From Octopus sinensis (lineage: Eukaryota): a stretch of DNA of 64,000 bases. The stretch lies in assembly GCF_006345805.1 (NCBI RefSeq), contig NC_042997.1:92876001-92940000 (forward strand). The letters are read 5' to 3'. Position numbers and translations under genes: made by a program. Of the stretch, positions 27,329 to 40,970 are shown piece by piece. Within the stretch, counting starts at the first letter, position 1; each line of letters opens with the position of its first letter. A model generated the notes under the pieces. That model did not search any database. It saw only the letters and a list, made by a program, of their open reading frames with translations, and had not been told where the DNA came from.

Positions 27329-27896
27329 CATACATACATACATACATGCATATATATGTATATATATATATATATCAATCATAAAATTTAGAAGGTATGT
27401 CAGGTGAATATATTCAATTTGAATGACCTAAGGTGTAGGAGTCGCTGTGTGGTAAGTAGCTTGCTTACGAACCACATGGTTCCGGGTTCAGTCCCATTGC
27501 GTGGCACCTTGGGCAAGTGTCTTCTTCTATAGCCTCGGGCCGATTAAAGCCTTGTGATTGGATTTGGTTGACGGAAACTGAAAGAAGCCCGTCGTATATA
27601 TGTATATATATAGTTTTATGTATGTGTGTATATGTTTTTGTGTCTGTCTGTGTTTGCCCCACCCCCAACATCGCTTGAGAACCGATGCTAGTGTGTTTAC
27701 GTCCCCGTAACTTAGCGGTTCGACAAAAGACACTGATAGAATAAGTACTAGGCTTTGGTTCGATTTGCTCGACTAAAGGCGGTGCTCCAGCATGGCCACA
27801 GTCACATGACTGAAACATGTAAAAGAGTAACCACTTGACATCCTTAGGGTTATGGCCGTTTCACAGCTTTCTTCATTTAATAAAAATTTCAATGTA
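27132..27896. mobile_element. Foldback/MITE-like inverted repeat with (TA)n centre; right arm split by SINE A
   Basis: 27132-27196 pairs with 27832-27896 (cctaaggatgtcaagtg vs cacttgacatccttagg); 27197-27242 pairs with 27377-27425. Confidence 0.7.
27431..27830 (+). mobile_element. SINE family A, full length
   Basis: Head ggtgtaggagtcgctgtgtggtaagtagcttgc...ggttccgggttcagtccc, internal microsatellite, tail gactgaaacatgtaaaagag. Confidence 0.9.
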
Positions 27897-28394
27897 CAAT
27901 ATGCTTCTTCGATTCAACATCCGTAATTTTAGGAAAATCTTTTTAATTTCAGAATTTTTCACAAATCTTTTTAAAATTTTGATGTTATTATAGAAACCTT
28001 TTATATTTCGAAAGCATATAATATTTTGAACTCTTTTGAATTTTTAATGTACCTCGGATGAGAGAAATGTGGTCAATTGTTATGGATGGAAAACTCGCCC
28101 ATTTCAAACCACAATTTTTCGAAACGATCGTAAGAATATGTACTCAGTTAAGATTTATCATAATTCATCGTATACCACTGCTTCTTGGATTCCTACCTTC
28201 TAACCTCGTCATTAATTCGTAAAATTTGAATGATTAACACTAAATGTTTTAATGCAGTTACATTTATGTATTATACTCTTTCATGATTTGTATATTTGTA
28301 CTTGAATTGATACTGTATATGTACATGCCTTTGATGCGAAGTGATTTAATTTGATAACGAGACCTGACCATTGAAATTTGTTCTCTTTTCTTGC

Positions 28395-28436
<42 letters not shown>

Positions 28437-28718
28437 CGGGCGTGCACACGAGCGCTCTACCTAAAGTAATGCATGCAAATAGGGTATAGTTTTCTTATTA
28501 ATTGACAGGTCATTCAAATTGCATATGTTGGTAGAAATACGATGCATTTATGCAATCATTAAAATCAGCCCTCGATTCCTCTTCATAAAAATGAAGGTGT
28601 GCATTATCGTTTTCACTTTTTCACAACCACTTGAACGTGGAGTGTCATCAATTTCTCGACTGCCTGATTTATTGTTATAGTTGTATAAGGTCACACGATC
28701 TGCCAGATCGCCGTTTTA

Positions 28719-28806
<88 letters not shown>
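28719..28806. repeat. (TAC)n microsatellite grading into an AAT-rich tract
   Basis: Direct reading. Confidence 0.97.
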
Positions 28807-28944
28807 TAATATGATAAATAATATAATAAATATAATAATTAATAAATAACTTTAAAATACTATAATAAATAACTTAATATAATAATATTAAGTTAATTAT
28901 TATACTATAATAAATAATATAATATAATATAATAAATAACTTTA

Positions 28945-30612
28945 AAAAGGCTAACGTCATGTTGCCGCACTTGTTGATTCGGGAAACACTCAACATGTGT
29001 ATAAGAACGGCATGCCTAGTTGGAAAAAATGTATTTTCTGTAGCAACCAGCACTTAGCCGAGGTAACAATCAAAAGAGGTATCTTCCAGGGGGACTCTTG
29101 TTCACCTTTATTATTTGTTATAGCGTTGATCTCACTTTTTATAGTCCTACGCAAAGTCAACGCACACTATGAGCTGTGAAAGAATGGACCTCGTCTCAAC
29201 CACCTTCTCTTCATGGATGATTTAAAACTGTTCGCAAAACAGAGCCTAAAATGGAGCAGCAAGGCTATAGGAATGGAACTCGATACCTTGACGTGTGCAG
29301 TGCTCACTTTGAAACTGGAGAAAAGAGCAGATTGTAGGGGCATTGAATTGCCAGACGGAAAGAGAATGGAATACCGGAATGATGATGGATACAAGTACCT
29401 TGAGATCCTGGAGCTGGACAATATCTTGCACAGAGTAATGAAAGACAAGCTCATCACTGCATATTTGAAGTGCCTCAAACTTCTCAAAACTCAACTCAGG
29501 GAACCTTGTGACTGCCACCAACATATAGGTTGTTGTTGAAGTCCGCTATTGTGAACCCATCGTGAAATGGACACAAGCGGAGAGTAACCAACTCGGTCGT
29601 ACTACTCGAAAAACAATGACAATGCATGGCGCCCTCCACCCTAAGGCGAACGTACACAGGCTTTACATGAAGAGGTGTAAAGGTGGACGTGGGCTGATTA
29701 GCGTACAGGAGTGCATCAACAGTGAAAAAAAAATCATGGCAGAATATTTGGTAAACAGCAAACAAGACCTGCTACAGTATGCTGCTAATGTAGAAGGCCT
29801 TATCAAAAGTGGATTTGAGAGCGCTCATGAATTCCGATCATATATAGCCAACGAGAGAGAAGAAACCTTGCTCCTCATGAAATTACATGGTCCGTTCCAC
29901 TGTGAAACTAACAATTTAAAAGACGAGCTAGCATCGTGGAGGTGGCTCAGCAAAGGTTACCTAAAAAAGTAGACTGAAAGCTTAATCATCGCTGCCCAGG
30001 AACAGGCATTAAATACTAACTCAGTGAAACGGGATAAATACCATACAAGTGCAACCAACCTCGGCAGAATGTGTGAGAAGAGAGTCGAAAGCGTGACTCA
30101 CAATGTTAAGTCTTGTGAAAGTCTCGCACAGAAAGAGTACAAGCGCAGACACGTCATGGTAGCTCGAAACCTTCACTGGCTACTATACTGGAAGTATGGA
30201 TATGAGGTAACGGGTGCTTGGTACCAACATACACCGGAAAAGGTAATGGACGAAAAGGGGAAGGCGAAAATCTTCTGGACATTGACTTCCAGACAAACAA
30301 GGTATTAGAGCACCGAAGGCCAGATACAGTAACCTTTAGGAGAGAGTGCCTAATGATCGACTTAGCAGTAGCAGGAAATCAACATATGAGAAAAGAGAAA
30401 AGATTGATAAATATGAAGACCTGAGAATTGAAATCGCTAAGATGTGGTAGTTACGAGAGTCAAGCATAAAGGTTGTCCCTATTGTCATTGGAACATTGGG
30501 TTCAATACCACCCAAGAAACATCTAGAAACTTTAGAAATACCCTACAATCTAGGTGTATTGCAAAAATCGGCATTACTTGGAATTGCACGCACATTGCGT
30601 AAAGAACTGTCT
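28945..30612 (+). pseudogene. 5'-truncated, decayed R4/Dong-like non-LTR retrotransposon
   Basis: GIFQGDSCSPLLFVIAL, NHLLFMDDLKLFA, YKYLEILE, LYMKRCKGGRGLISV, LIIAAQEQALNTN, YKRRH..VARNLHW, HRRPD, VPIVIGTLG. Confidence 0.9.
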
Positions 30613-30665
30613 ATCGATATTAGATATTAGATATTGTGCCACGTCTTAAAATCATAATAATAATA

Positions 30666-30761
<96 letters not shown>

Positions 30762-33276
30762 GGAACTGAAACAGTGCCTCGTTGCAAAGAAAGCGAAGAT
30801 GGTAAGATACGACCAAAGAATGAAGGATTACCACCAGAATAGGTTATTCAGAGTAGATCAGAAGAGATTCTATAAAGAAATGAATGGAGAGTGTATAGAT
30901 GAAAAGTTGATACCAGATAACAATGAAAGTAAAAGGTTTTGGAGTAACATCTGGAGCAAAGACAAGGAGCACAAGAAGGATGCTGAATAGTTGCAAGAAC
31001 TGAAACAAACGGTAGGCTGTCCAAAACAGATAGAACTAGTCATTTCAGTTAGGGAAGTGAAGGAAATTAGCAAAAAAAAAAAAAAAAAAATGAGCAACTG
31101 GAAGGCCCCGGGACCAAATGGAGTTCAAGGCTACTGGATCAAGAGATTTGGTGAATGTCATGCACGAATAGCTGCGCAACTCAACACCTTGTTAAATACC
31201 GACCAAGTAACATCAGAGTGGTTGACATTGGGTAGGACAGTTCTGTGCTTGAAAAACATCGAAAAAGGCAATACGGTAGACAATTACAGGCCAATATCCT
31301 GTTTGCCACTTATGTAGAATTAGTGACTGGAATACTCGCAGAGTCAATGTACAAACATCTGGAAAAATGGAGTCCTGCCATATGAGCAGAAGGGTTGCAA
31401 GCGTAAGTGCAGAGGTACCAAGGATCAACTCCTGATCGACAAAACTGTACTTAGAGACTACAAGAGGAGGAAAACTAACTTAGCCATGTCATCGATCGAC
31501 TATCGTAAGTCGTACGATATGATCCCACGTTTTTGGATTATGGAATGTATGAACCTATTTGGTATTGCATCGAATGTTGAGCGATTGCTTGGAAAAAGTA
31601 TGGCGAATTGAAGGACGGACCTGACAGCATACGGAAGAAGTTTAGGGACAGTAGAAATTAGGAGGGACATCTTCCAAGGGGACTACTTGTCCCCACTGAT
31701 CTTTGTACTGTGCTTGATACCACTAACACTGATTCTGAGGGAAGCAAAAGCTGGGTATGTATTCAAAAGCCGGCAACAAAAAGTCAACTATTTGTTATTT
31801 ATAGATGTCCTCAAACTTTATGATAAAGATGAAACCCAAGTCAGTTCCCTCGTTGATACGATGTATACCTTCAGTGCTGATATCAGAATGAAGTTCGAAC
31901 TGAGAAAGTGTGGTGTGTTAGCCTTCAAGAGAGGCAAAATCAAATGTATGAACGGGCTAACGATACCGTCGGGGAAGGTTATGAAGCAAATAGAAGAGAC
32001 AGGCTATAGGTACTCGGGGGTTTTGGAAATGGATAAATTGATAGAGAAAGAAATGACAGAAAAATTTAAGGTGGATTACTTGCGGAGACTGAGACTAATC
32101 CTTAAGTCGAAATTAAACGGACGGAATAAGGTTGAAGCTATCTACACCTGAGCAGTTTCACCCCTTAGATATGGAGCAGGGGTGATCGCATGGACAGTAG
32201 ACGAACTAAACAGCTTAGACAGAAAGACAAGGAAGTGACACAGACAAACTGTATGTACCAAGAAAGAGAGGGGTAAGAGGATGCGAACACAGTATTAGAG
32301 CAAAAGAAAACAACATAGCATGTTATGTAAAAAATGTCACAGAACCGCTATTTTTAGAAGAAAGAAGGTCAGGCTTCTGTAGGATGAAAGATTGTTTTCA
32401 CTGTACAAGAAATTGAAAACGAATGAAACTGAAAATAGGTGGGTAAAGAAAAGAATGCATGGTTAATTTCATAGAGATGTTGAAAATAAGACAGACAGAG
32501 AAAAAAGATGGCTGTGGATGACCAAAAGTGACTTAAAACCGGAAACGGAGGCTCTAATCTATGCTGCCCAAGAGCAAGCACTAAGAACAAACTACATAAA
32601 ATGCAGAATAGAAAACACATCAGAAAGTGATAAGTACAGAATCTGTTAACGAAATGGTGAAGCCGTATGGCATATTACCAGTCAATGTACGCCACTAGCC
32701 CAGACGAAATATGAGACGCCACGACAATATAGCCAGGCTTGTCCATTGGACACTTTGCAACAAGTGTAGACTTGATAGAGGAAAAAATTGGCACGACCAC
32801 AAACCTGAAGGCATCGTCGAAAATAAAAATGCAAAGATCCTATGGGACTTTATGATTCAGTGCAACAATGAGATAGAGAATAGGAAGCCAGATATAGTCT
32901 TAATTGAGAAAGAAAACAAACTGCTGGATCATAGATATAGCATGCCCAGCTGACAAGGTATGCGATAAGGAAAAAAAAAATTCGAGAGATATGACAGGTT
33001 AGCTTGGGAAGTTAAGCGGTTGTGGTCGATGAAAAAGGTAGCAGTAGTATCAATAATTGTCGGAGCCCTGGAAACAGTGAGCAAATATCTCGAGAAGTAC
33101 ATGGAACAAATAAGGGCTGCAATAAGGGTGGCGTACTTGCAGAAAACAACACTGCTTGGAACCGCCCGAATATTTCGGAAGGTGCTCGAAAAATAGGAGG
33201 TGTTCCCTTAGTTCACTGGTAGTGAACAGCTGTCACCGCAGTACATCTCCAGCGTTAGAAGCTGTGCAAAGGATGC
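30762..33276 (+). pseudogene. Second 5'-truncated R4/Dong-like element (different subfamily) with 3' UTR, embedded in (AAT)n
   Basis: [95 protein letters not shown]; flanked by (AAT)n at about 30654-30760 and 33277-33375. Confidence 0.92.
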
Positions 33277-33382
<106 letters not shown>

Positions 33383-33872
33383 AATAGAAAAAAATATGGA
33401 AATCCTTTGAAATTTGGTAAAAATTGTGATGGGCTTGAGAAGTTCATAAACAAGCATTTGAATGTTTCAGTTTACCATTCTTAATGAGACAATCAACGCA
33501 ACTACAGATCCTTTTACTAGAGAAATTTGAACAAGTTACAAGTTTTAATAACACAGGGAGATTTTGGGATAAGATGAGAATTGTGGGATAAAAATAAACG
33601 GAGATTAGCATGCCAGGGATTGGAGAGAGAACATTAGATAAGGTACAAAAAAAAAAAAATAGTGATATTAATGGATGTGATCATTTGAAAAACTTAGATA
33701 TTGCAAAACAAGGATTCCTTGGAGACTTAAAGCTTTCGATAGAAACCGTTGGATTTATCAACAGTAATGTTAGAGAGGCCATTCCAAACCTGAAATACCT
33801 ATGACTGTGACCTCGGAAGAGAGAAGCTTTAGGGACCTTATAGAATATGAAAACAACAATGTCATCAGTAGG

Positions 33873-34345
33873 GCAGCGAGCTAGCAGAATCGTTAGCACG
33901 CCGGGCAAAATGCTTAGCGGTATTTTGCTTGTCTTTAAAGGCGGCGAGCTGGCAGAAACGTTAGCGCGCCGGGCGAAATGCTTAGCGGTATTTCGTCTGT
34001 CGCTACGTTCTGAATTCAAATTCCGCCGAGGTCGACTTTGCCTTTCATCCTCTCGGGATCGATTAAATAAGTACCAGCAACACACTGGGGTCGATATAAT
34101 CGACTTAATCCGTTTGTCTGTCCTTGTTTGTCCCTTCTGTGTTTAGCTCCTTGTGGATAATAAAGAAATAGGTATTTCGTCTGTCTTTACGTTCTTGAGT
34201 TCAAATTCCGCCGAGGTCGACTTTACTTTTCATTCTTTCGGGCTCGATAAAATAAGTACCAATTGAACACCACATTGGGTTCGATGTAATCGACTTCACT
34301 GTCCCACAAACTTGCTGGCCTTGTGCCAAAATTCGAAACCAATAT
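33873..34345 (+). mobile_element. Composite SINE family B (duplicated head plus two bodies)
   Basis: Heads at about 33875 and 33940, bodies joined by aaagaaataggtatttcgtctg. Confidence 0.88.
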
Positions 34346-34651
34346 TTACATCGTCAGTGACACATGACAAGTTAGATTCTTTTGTGTATCTGTAGATATT
34401 TCTGTGTCTTTCTCGCATATATTTTCTTTGTATGTAAGTGAGTTACTTTTGTAAAATTTGTTATTAGGTGAAATACCAACGATATTTTTCTATGGGTATT
34501 TTAGCTGAATATACCGACGTTAAGGAATTTTCGTTTCAGCTTGATAAGTGCTGTCGCACGAAATTCTAGGCCCTTGAGTTACTTGTGAAGCTTCTCATCT
34601 AGTAAATAATAAATTATATTACACACACGACAACATAAGCATGCGCGCGCA

Positions 34652-34732
<81 letters not shown>

Positions 34733-35849
34733 ACACACACACACAATTTATCCTTCATAACCAAATACAAAATACGTATTCTCCGCCACTCAGCACTCTC
34801 AAAGCAATTTTTCGAGATAAAAGAATAATTTCAGACGTTCGAAAAGCACATATCGCTGACCGAAGATAAGTAGATACTATTTTGATGTCTTCAATAAAAG
34901 AATCTGTTCCAGTTATCAATCCTTTACATGTTGCGGCTTATTCAATACATAATTGGACATCATTTTATTGATTCATAAAATGCCGAGTTTCAAAATTCGA
35001 TCTTGTTGTCAACTACTTCTAGTTCTCTTTTCCAGCCCTGAAATAACATTTAAAGATTTGTGTACTAACTTTATAAAAAAAGACATTTTAAAAAATAAGT
35101 GAAATTTGAAACTAAAAAAAAAACCAACAAACATCCACGCGGATGCAGAGTGATTGTCTCTTGTCAAAATGACTGTTTTAATACCAGTATTCCAGCATTT
35201 AAGAGATTTGTTTTAAGGCAAACTACGTCACAATATGATTTGGTCTCATCCCATTTTACGACACAAGTGAAATGGATTTAAATAACAAACTACCGAGCGA
35301 TTAGCATTGCTTTCCATTTCTTGGTGTTCTCATCCAGACTAGCTTGTTTCTTTCTTTCTTTTTGTAGACAGTCTTCAAATGGAAAGCACTTAAATGGATC
35401 GTCACAAAGTGTTGTGTGTGTGTGTGCAAACAAATGCTTGCATATGCACTCTTTATGAATGTTCGCAGAAGCAAGCCAAGCAAATGCAGGTTGAGATGGT
35501 GTAGAACTGTAGCGTATGTTATTAAGGCGTCCTGAATTTTTTAATAAAAAGTAAAATGGGATTACAATTATTTTTATGGATTCGACTGCATATTTAAAGG
35601 CGCGGCGTATCTAGATCAGCGAACGTGAGTGAGTGGGTGATAATTGATATTAATAGAAGGGTTATCTCATGATTTTTTTTTTTTGCTATTACTTGATACC
35701 TGCGAGTCAATGTGTTTGAAACATCTGCAAGGATAACCAAGGAAGATGCCAACTAAATACTGTAGGTTTCATGACAAATTTGAATGAATAGGCTCTTCTT
35801 TTAAAGCAATATTTTCCCAACCAAGTATGTGTCAAAATTTATTTCAGTG

Positions 35850-37299
35850 AATGAAAGAATGACCTTGGGAAAAGTTTTATTAATTCTGAAAAAATCGTAT
35901 TATCAAAAAGTCAGAATGTTACCGACAAAATATGTTACGAAAAACGTATGTTTCATACGCACGCATTGCAATTTTTTTTTTGCATGTCCGCCTTTCCCTG
36001 TTTTCCCGAGCACTAGCTCCCTTTAGACCGGCTTTTGCATTGAGTTGTTATGATTGAGGAAATTGTTGTTTTTTCTCCAAGAACATAAAAAAAAAATGCT
36101 TGAGCACCACCAATTCATTTTGTACGTTGCCTATTTGTCAGATGTATTTAACCAGTTTAATAATCTGAAACTCCCAACGCAGGGAATCACAACAAATAAG
36201 CTACAGTGCCTTGATAAGGGTGAGATATTTAAGAAGAAAGGTCTCAGTGTGGAAGCACAGAACTGAAAAACAAGATTCCTATTCATTTCCTATATTTGAG
36301 GAAAGAATCGGAGAACAGTGGCAATTCGATCCATCGTTGTAAAAAAGAGCTGATAATCATCTGCTGGAGGTTTAGAATGTCTTGTAGAAATACATGTCGA
36401 AGTTAACTGTTGTGAATTCGGCAACCATTTTAATTAAACATGAACCAAATCTTAAAGAAACTAGAAAAATTCTTTTCGGATCCCCTTCCTGAGCAAATTT
36501 CTGGTTAACACAGATAACGGCACATTCACAACTTGCAAATGTCGCACAATTTCCTATAACTCATCTCTGCGGAGCTAGAATGGAGTCTCGTTCTTCATAT
36601 GAGATTGGTATTCATAAAAACTAATCCAAAACACCAAGAAACGAACGGAAAATGAGTAACAGCAAAAGAATCACTGTTGTTAATCATGAGTAGTTAGTGA
36701 TTTTTATGAAGATGAATGCTAACTGAATGCTCAGGTTATTGTGGAATAGCTGCGAAAGAGAGGAAAGATGTTGCCAGAAAATTGTCGAAAGCTGTCGAGA
36801 AAGTAAGTCATTATATCAAGCTCCAGAGAGCGAACACGCGTTGCAGCAAGAAAGAGCATTAAGGATGGTAGAAACAGCTGGCCCAGTGTTGCAACAACTG
36901 GTTCAACGAAGTTCATGTATTGTGCAAGAGTTTTGTCACCTACATCGGTGGGTGGCCCCGGGCAGCTCTGGTGGAACAGGGGAAGGGGCCGAAAGACACA
37001 GAGAGCTGCTTCACTGTCTGATGAGACATCAAATCCTGCATTGGGGGACGAAGTACAGCAGCTACCCTCAGCATACAAATGTCTACCTTAAATGTAAATT
37101 ATTTGGTGATCGTGTTCTTCCTCTCTTCTTTTTAATACAATTCCCACATTTTACAAAAAATGTAAACCAAAAATTTCAAATTAGACTTCACCTGCCTTTG
37201 AATATCACCCCTGAAGGTTTAAGGAAGCAATACCTTAAATGGTCAAACTCAACTTGTCATTAAAAGGTTACTGGACCAACAAAACGTTGAGAAACATTG
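35850..37299 (+). mobile_element. Decayed hAT (Charlie/Buster-like) transposon relic
   Basis: GKVL, VAYLSDVFNQFNNLKLPTQG and FP.THLC-like remnants; terminal aaaacgttgagaaacattg resembles a Charlie-type right end. Confidence 0.55.
36727..37090 (+). mobile_element. Possible 3' end of a HERO/NeSL-like non-LTR element inserted in the hAT relic
   Basis: GC-richer block; one frame reads GIAAKERKDVARKLSKAVEKVSHYIKLQR, resembling the C-terminal helix of RLE-clade ORFs (resemblance from memory only). Confidence 0.35.
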
Positions 37300-37629
37300 C
37301 TAAAGAGATCCTGATTTCGTTTTAAATCAAACGTAAGAACACTAAACTTAAATGCTAGAATATTAGATGAATTCACGAACACATAGCATTGTTATTTAAG
37401 CAACAGAAGTACACAAGTTAAATATCCTCTTCTGATACGCAGCACTATCGTAATGTAAATATAGTTTTGTACTTTGAATCTGAAAATGTGACCATAAATT
37501 TAAGCATGTCATTAGTGCTATAATTTTGCTTAAAAACTTATGGATAGAAAGTGTACAAAATAGAATGTTTCTTGCCCGTTTCCAAATCGTTTTGATTTGA
37601 CGGGGATGGTTGGCATTACATGTTTTTAA

Positions 37630-37835
37630 TATATTGGTTTCAAATTTTGGTACAAGGTCAGCACGTTCGGGGGAGTGGGCAAGTCGATTGCATTGATTCC
37701 ACTGGTACTTATTTTATCGACCTCGAAAGGATGAAAGGCAAAGTCAACCTCGGCTGAATTTGAACACAGAACGGAATGAAGGACGAAATGCCGGTAAGAA
37801 ATCTTCACGGAGTGCTAACGATTCTGCCAACTAAC
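37630..37835 (-). mobile_element. SINE family B
   Basis: ctggtacttattttatcgacctcgaaaggatgaaaggcaaagtcaacctcggctgaatttgaac...gtgctaacgattctgcca. Confidence 0.85.
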
Positions 37836-38289
37836 CCTTTTACATTCCTTAATATGTTAGTAATAATTTGATTTGTTCAGCCTATCTTAGTGAAAACTAA
37901 TAATTAGACTTAATTATTTTGTGGCGAGTTAATGCATCGAGATAGAAAAATAGAATGTGAAACATTTTAATCAGCATCCGACGAAAATGAAGTAAGTCCG
38001 ACTATATCTTATTGCCTTTTACGGAGTGCCGGAAAAAATTCCGGTCCTTTATATTCTGAGTTTAAACCCCGCTGGAGTCGATAAAATAAAGTACAAGCCG
38101 ATAACTGAGATCTATGGTAGCGACTAACCTTTGCCCTCAAATTTGCTTGCTTTGCTCTTAAATCAGTAATCATTATTTAATTTAAAGTTTCCTAAATGTT
38201 GGATCAACCTCAAATACCCAGACGTTCATAGAAGTTAAAGGAAGTGCAGTACTATTATGATAAAATATTTAACATGTTTTTTTTATCAT

Positions 38290-38468
38290 GGCGTAGGAGT
38301 GGCTGTGTGGTAAGTAGCTTGCTTACGAATCACATAGTTCCGGGTTCAGTCCCACTGCGTAGCACCTTGGGCAAGTGTCTTCTACTATAGCCTCGGGCCG
38401 ACCAAAGCCTTGTGAGTGCATTTGGTAGACGGAAACTGAAAGAAGCCCGTCGTATATATGTATATATA
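38290..38468 (+). mobile_element. SINE family A, 5' half ending in its internal (TA)n
   Basis: ggcgtaggagtggctgtgtggtaagtagc...gaaagaagcccgtcgtatatatg; the hammerhead dimer starts immediately after. Confidence 0.9.
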
Positions 38469-38673
38469 TTTTAACCATATTTTATCTCAGTAGATGACCA
38501 CAGCATCTTGTTTTGGCTACACGCGGGTGGGAAGGGGCTGGTGACACAATCTTTTCATTCACACATTGAATTTGGTGATACTAGTTGCGGATTCTAGCTC
38601 GCTCTGATACTGAGTTGAGTTGGTGCCTTCTAGTATCTCAAAATTAATATATAATCATTTATGATTATAGTAT

Positions 38674-38772
38674 TCTACGCTGAAGAGAAAAGAAGTTTTG
38701 GTAAGATAGAATTATTTAATATTTATTCTTATGCTTTCCTAAAAACTTGATTTCGAAACGTACGTCCGTAGA
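38674..38772 (+). ncRNA. Type I hammerhead ribozyme
   Basis: tctacg-CTGAAGA-gaaa...tttc-GAAAC-gtac-GTC-cgtaga: 6-bp stem I, extended stem II, palindromic stem III, GUC site with predicted cut after 38766. Confidence 0.8.
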
Positions 38773-39264
38773 TAACTTAAAATTGTATGATAGATTGCCG
38801 TCAATTCATTCTCTCTTACCTGTTTGTGTCTGCCTTCCAATTGCTGTTTTTACTGAGATCTCCCTTTTTAGTAGAAGAAATAGCTATAACTCTTTGACTG
38901 CTATTTCTAAACTCGGTATGTGGTAAGGCAATTCGTTGCTAAACCCTTTATTGCTTAGTATTACTTAAATTTTCCTCGAATGAGGCTTTTACATGCCGAA
39001 GACTACTTGGTGTAATTGATAATTATTCCAAATTAATTAATTTCACCCTTCATTATTACGGATAACCATATTTTATCTCAGTAGATGACCACAGCGTCTT
39101 GTTTTGGCTACACGCGGGTGGGAAGGGGCTGGTGACACAATCTTTTCATTCACACATTGAATTGGTGATACTAGTTGCGGATTCTAGCTCGCTCTGATAC
39201 TGAGTTGAGTTGGTGCCTTCTAGTATCTCAAAATTCAATATATAATCATTTATGATTATAGTAT

Positions 39265-39364
39265 TCTACGCTGAAGAGAAAAGAAGTTTTGGTAAGATAG
39301 AATTATTTAATATTTAATTCTTATGCTTTCCTAAAAACTTGATTTCGAAACGTACGTCCGTAGA
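39265..39364 (+). ncRNA. Type I hammerhead ribozyme (second copy)
   Basis: Same fold as 38674-38772; predicted cut after 39358. Confidence 0.8.
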
Positions 39365-39676
39365 TAACTTAAAATTGTATGATAGATTGCCGTCAATTCA
39401 TTCTCTCTTACCTGTTGTGTCTGCCTTCCAATTGCTGTTTTTACTGAGATCTCCCTTTTTAGTAGAAGAAATAGCTATAACTCTTTGACTGCTATTTCTA
39501 AACTCGGTATGTGGTAAGGCAATTCGTTGCTAAACCCTTTATTGCTTAGTATTACTTAAATTTTCCTCGAATGAGGCTTTTACATGCCGAAGACTACTTG
39601 GTGTAATTGATAATTATTCCAAATTAATTAATTTCACCCTTCATTATTACTATATATATACACATATATTATATAT

Positions 39677-39786
<110 letters not shown>

Positions 39787-39872
39787 AAGAGTTTTAAAAT
39801 AATGGTCATTACATGTTTTTTCTTTATGGAGCAAATTTTGCTTACAACTGTTTCCAGTAGTCATAGGTACCT

Positions 39873-40102
39873 ATTTCTTTACTACCCACAAATGGCTAAA
39901 CACAGAGGGCACAAACAAGGACAGACAAACGTTTTAAGTCGTTTACATCGATCCCAGTGCGTAACTGGTACTTAATTTATCGACCCCGAAAGGATAAAAG
40001 GCAAAGTCGACCTCGGCGGAATTTGAACACAGACTGTAACAGCAGACGAAATACGGTTACGCATTTCGCCCGGCGTGCTAACGATTCTGCCAGCTCGCCG
40101 CC
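39873..40102 (-). mobile_element. SINE family B with TSD
   Basis: Full-length reverse copy; flanking duplication ccagtagtcataggtacct at 39854-39872 and 40101-40119. Confidence 0.92.
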
Positions 40103-40196
40103 AGTAGTCATAGGTACCTTACTGGTAGGTGTACTCAATTGGTCTGTTGATCAATTGAGAAAAATTGAATGACCTAAGAATATATATATATATATA

Positions 40197-40587
40197 TGGA
40201 ATGGAATGGAAGCACTCTCCGTCGGTTCCGACGACGAGGGTTCCGGTTGATCCGATCAACGGAACAGCCTGCTCGTGAAATTAACGTGTAAGTGGCTGAG
40301 CACTCCACAGACACGTGTACCCTTAACGTAGTTCTCGGGGATATTCAGCGTGACACAGAGAGTGACAAGGCCGGCCCTTTGAAATACAGGTACAACAGAA
40401 ACAGGAAGTAAGAGTGAGAGAAAGTTGTGGTGAAAGAGTACAGCAGGGATCACCACCATCCCTGCCGGAGCCTCGTGGAGCTTTAGGTGTTTTCGCTCAA
40501 TAAACACTCACAACGCCCGGTCTGGAATCGAAACCGCGATCCTACGACCGCGAGTCCGCTGCCCTAACCACTGGGCCATTGCGCCTC

Positions 40588-40590
<3 letters not shown>
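40197..40590 (-). mobile_element. SINE family C, full length, (TTCCA)n tail
   Basis: Head ggaggcgcaatggcccagtggttagggcagcggactcgcggtcgtaggatcgcggtttcgattcc; tail shared with 22893-23195. Confidence 0.9.
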
Positions 40591-40633
<43 letters not shown>

Positions 40634-40718
40634 GTGTGTGTGTATGTGGAGAGAGAGAGAGAGAGAAAGAGAGAGAGACACACACACACACGTACACACA
40701 CACACACACGTATACACG

Positions 40719-40763
<45 letters not shown>

Positions 40764-40970
40764 CACATACACACAAAAGGTGCGGCAAAAAATTCCCACA
40801 CATTTTACAAGTTGATAGACGTTTCAATGGCAAATGCACTGTGTGTACCTGACCGGTACACACGCTGTTAAAAAGAAATTGGGTTAAAACAAACAACCAG
40901 GGTTAAAAATATCCTAATATATTAGCTATATATAGCTAATATAAAAATATCCTAATATATTAGCTATATA

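Larger units (their letters stand above)
38472..39650 (+). mobile_element. Tandem dimer (592-bp period) of hammerhead-bearing non-coding repeat (retrozyme/Penelope pLTR-like)
   Basis: taaccatattttatctcagtag...caccttcattattac-type unit occurs twice (about 38472-39058 and 39064-39650), bracketed by (TA)n, with no ORF. Confidence 0.8.

Noticed and set aside
37010-37062. Hammerhead-like ctgtCTGATGAgac...gacGAAgTAcag
   Set aside because: GAAA is incomplete, stem III is absent and stem II pairs poorly; at most a decayed relic.
36727-37263. 178-aa ORF as a host gene
   Set aside because: No recognisable domain or splice context, and it spans the junction of two TE relics.
40520-40590. tRNA-like sequences with A and B boxes (also near 9640-9709, 22893, 59541 and 63452)
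   Set aside because: They continue into SINE bodies and lack a complete acceptor stem, so they are SINE heads rather than tRNA genes.
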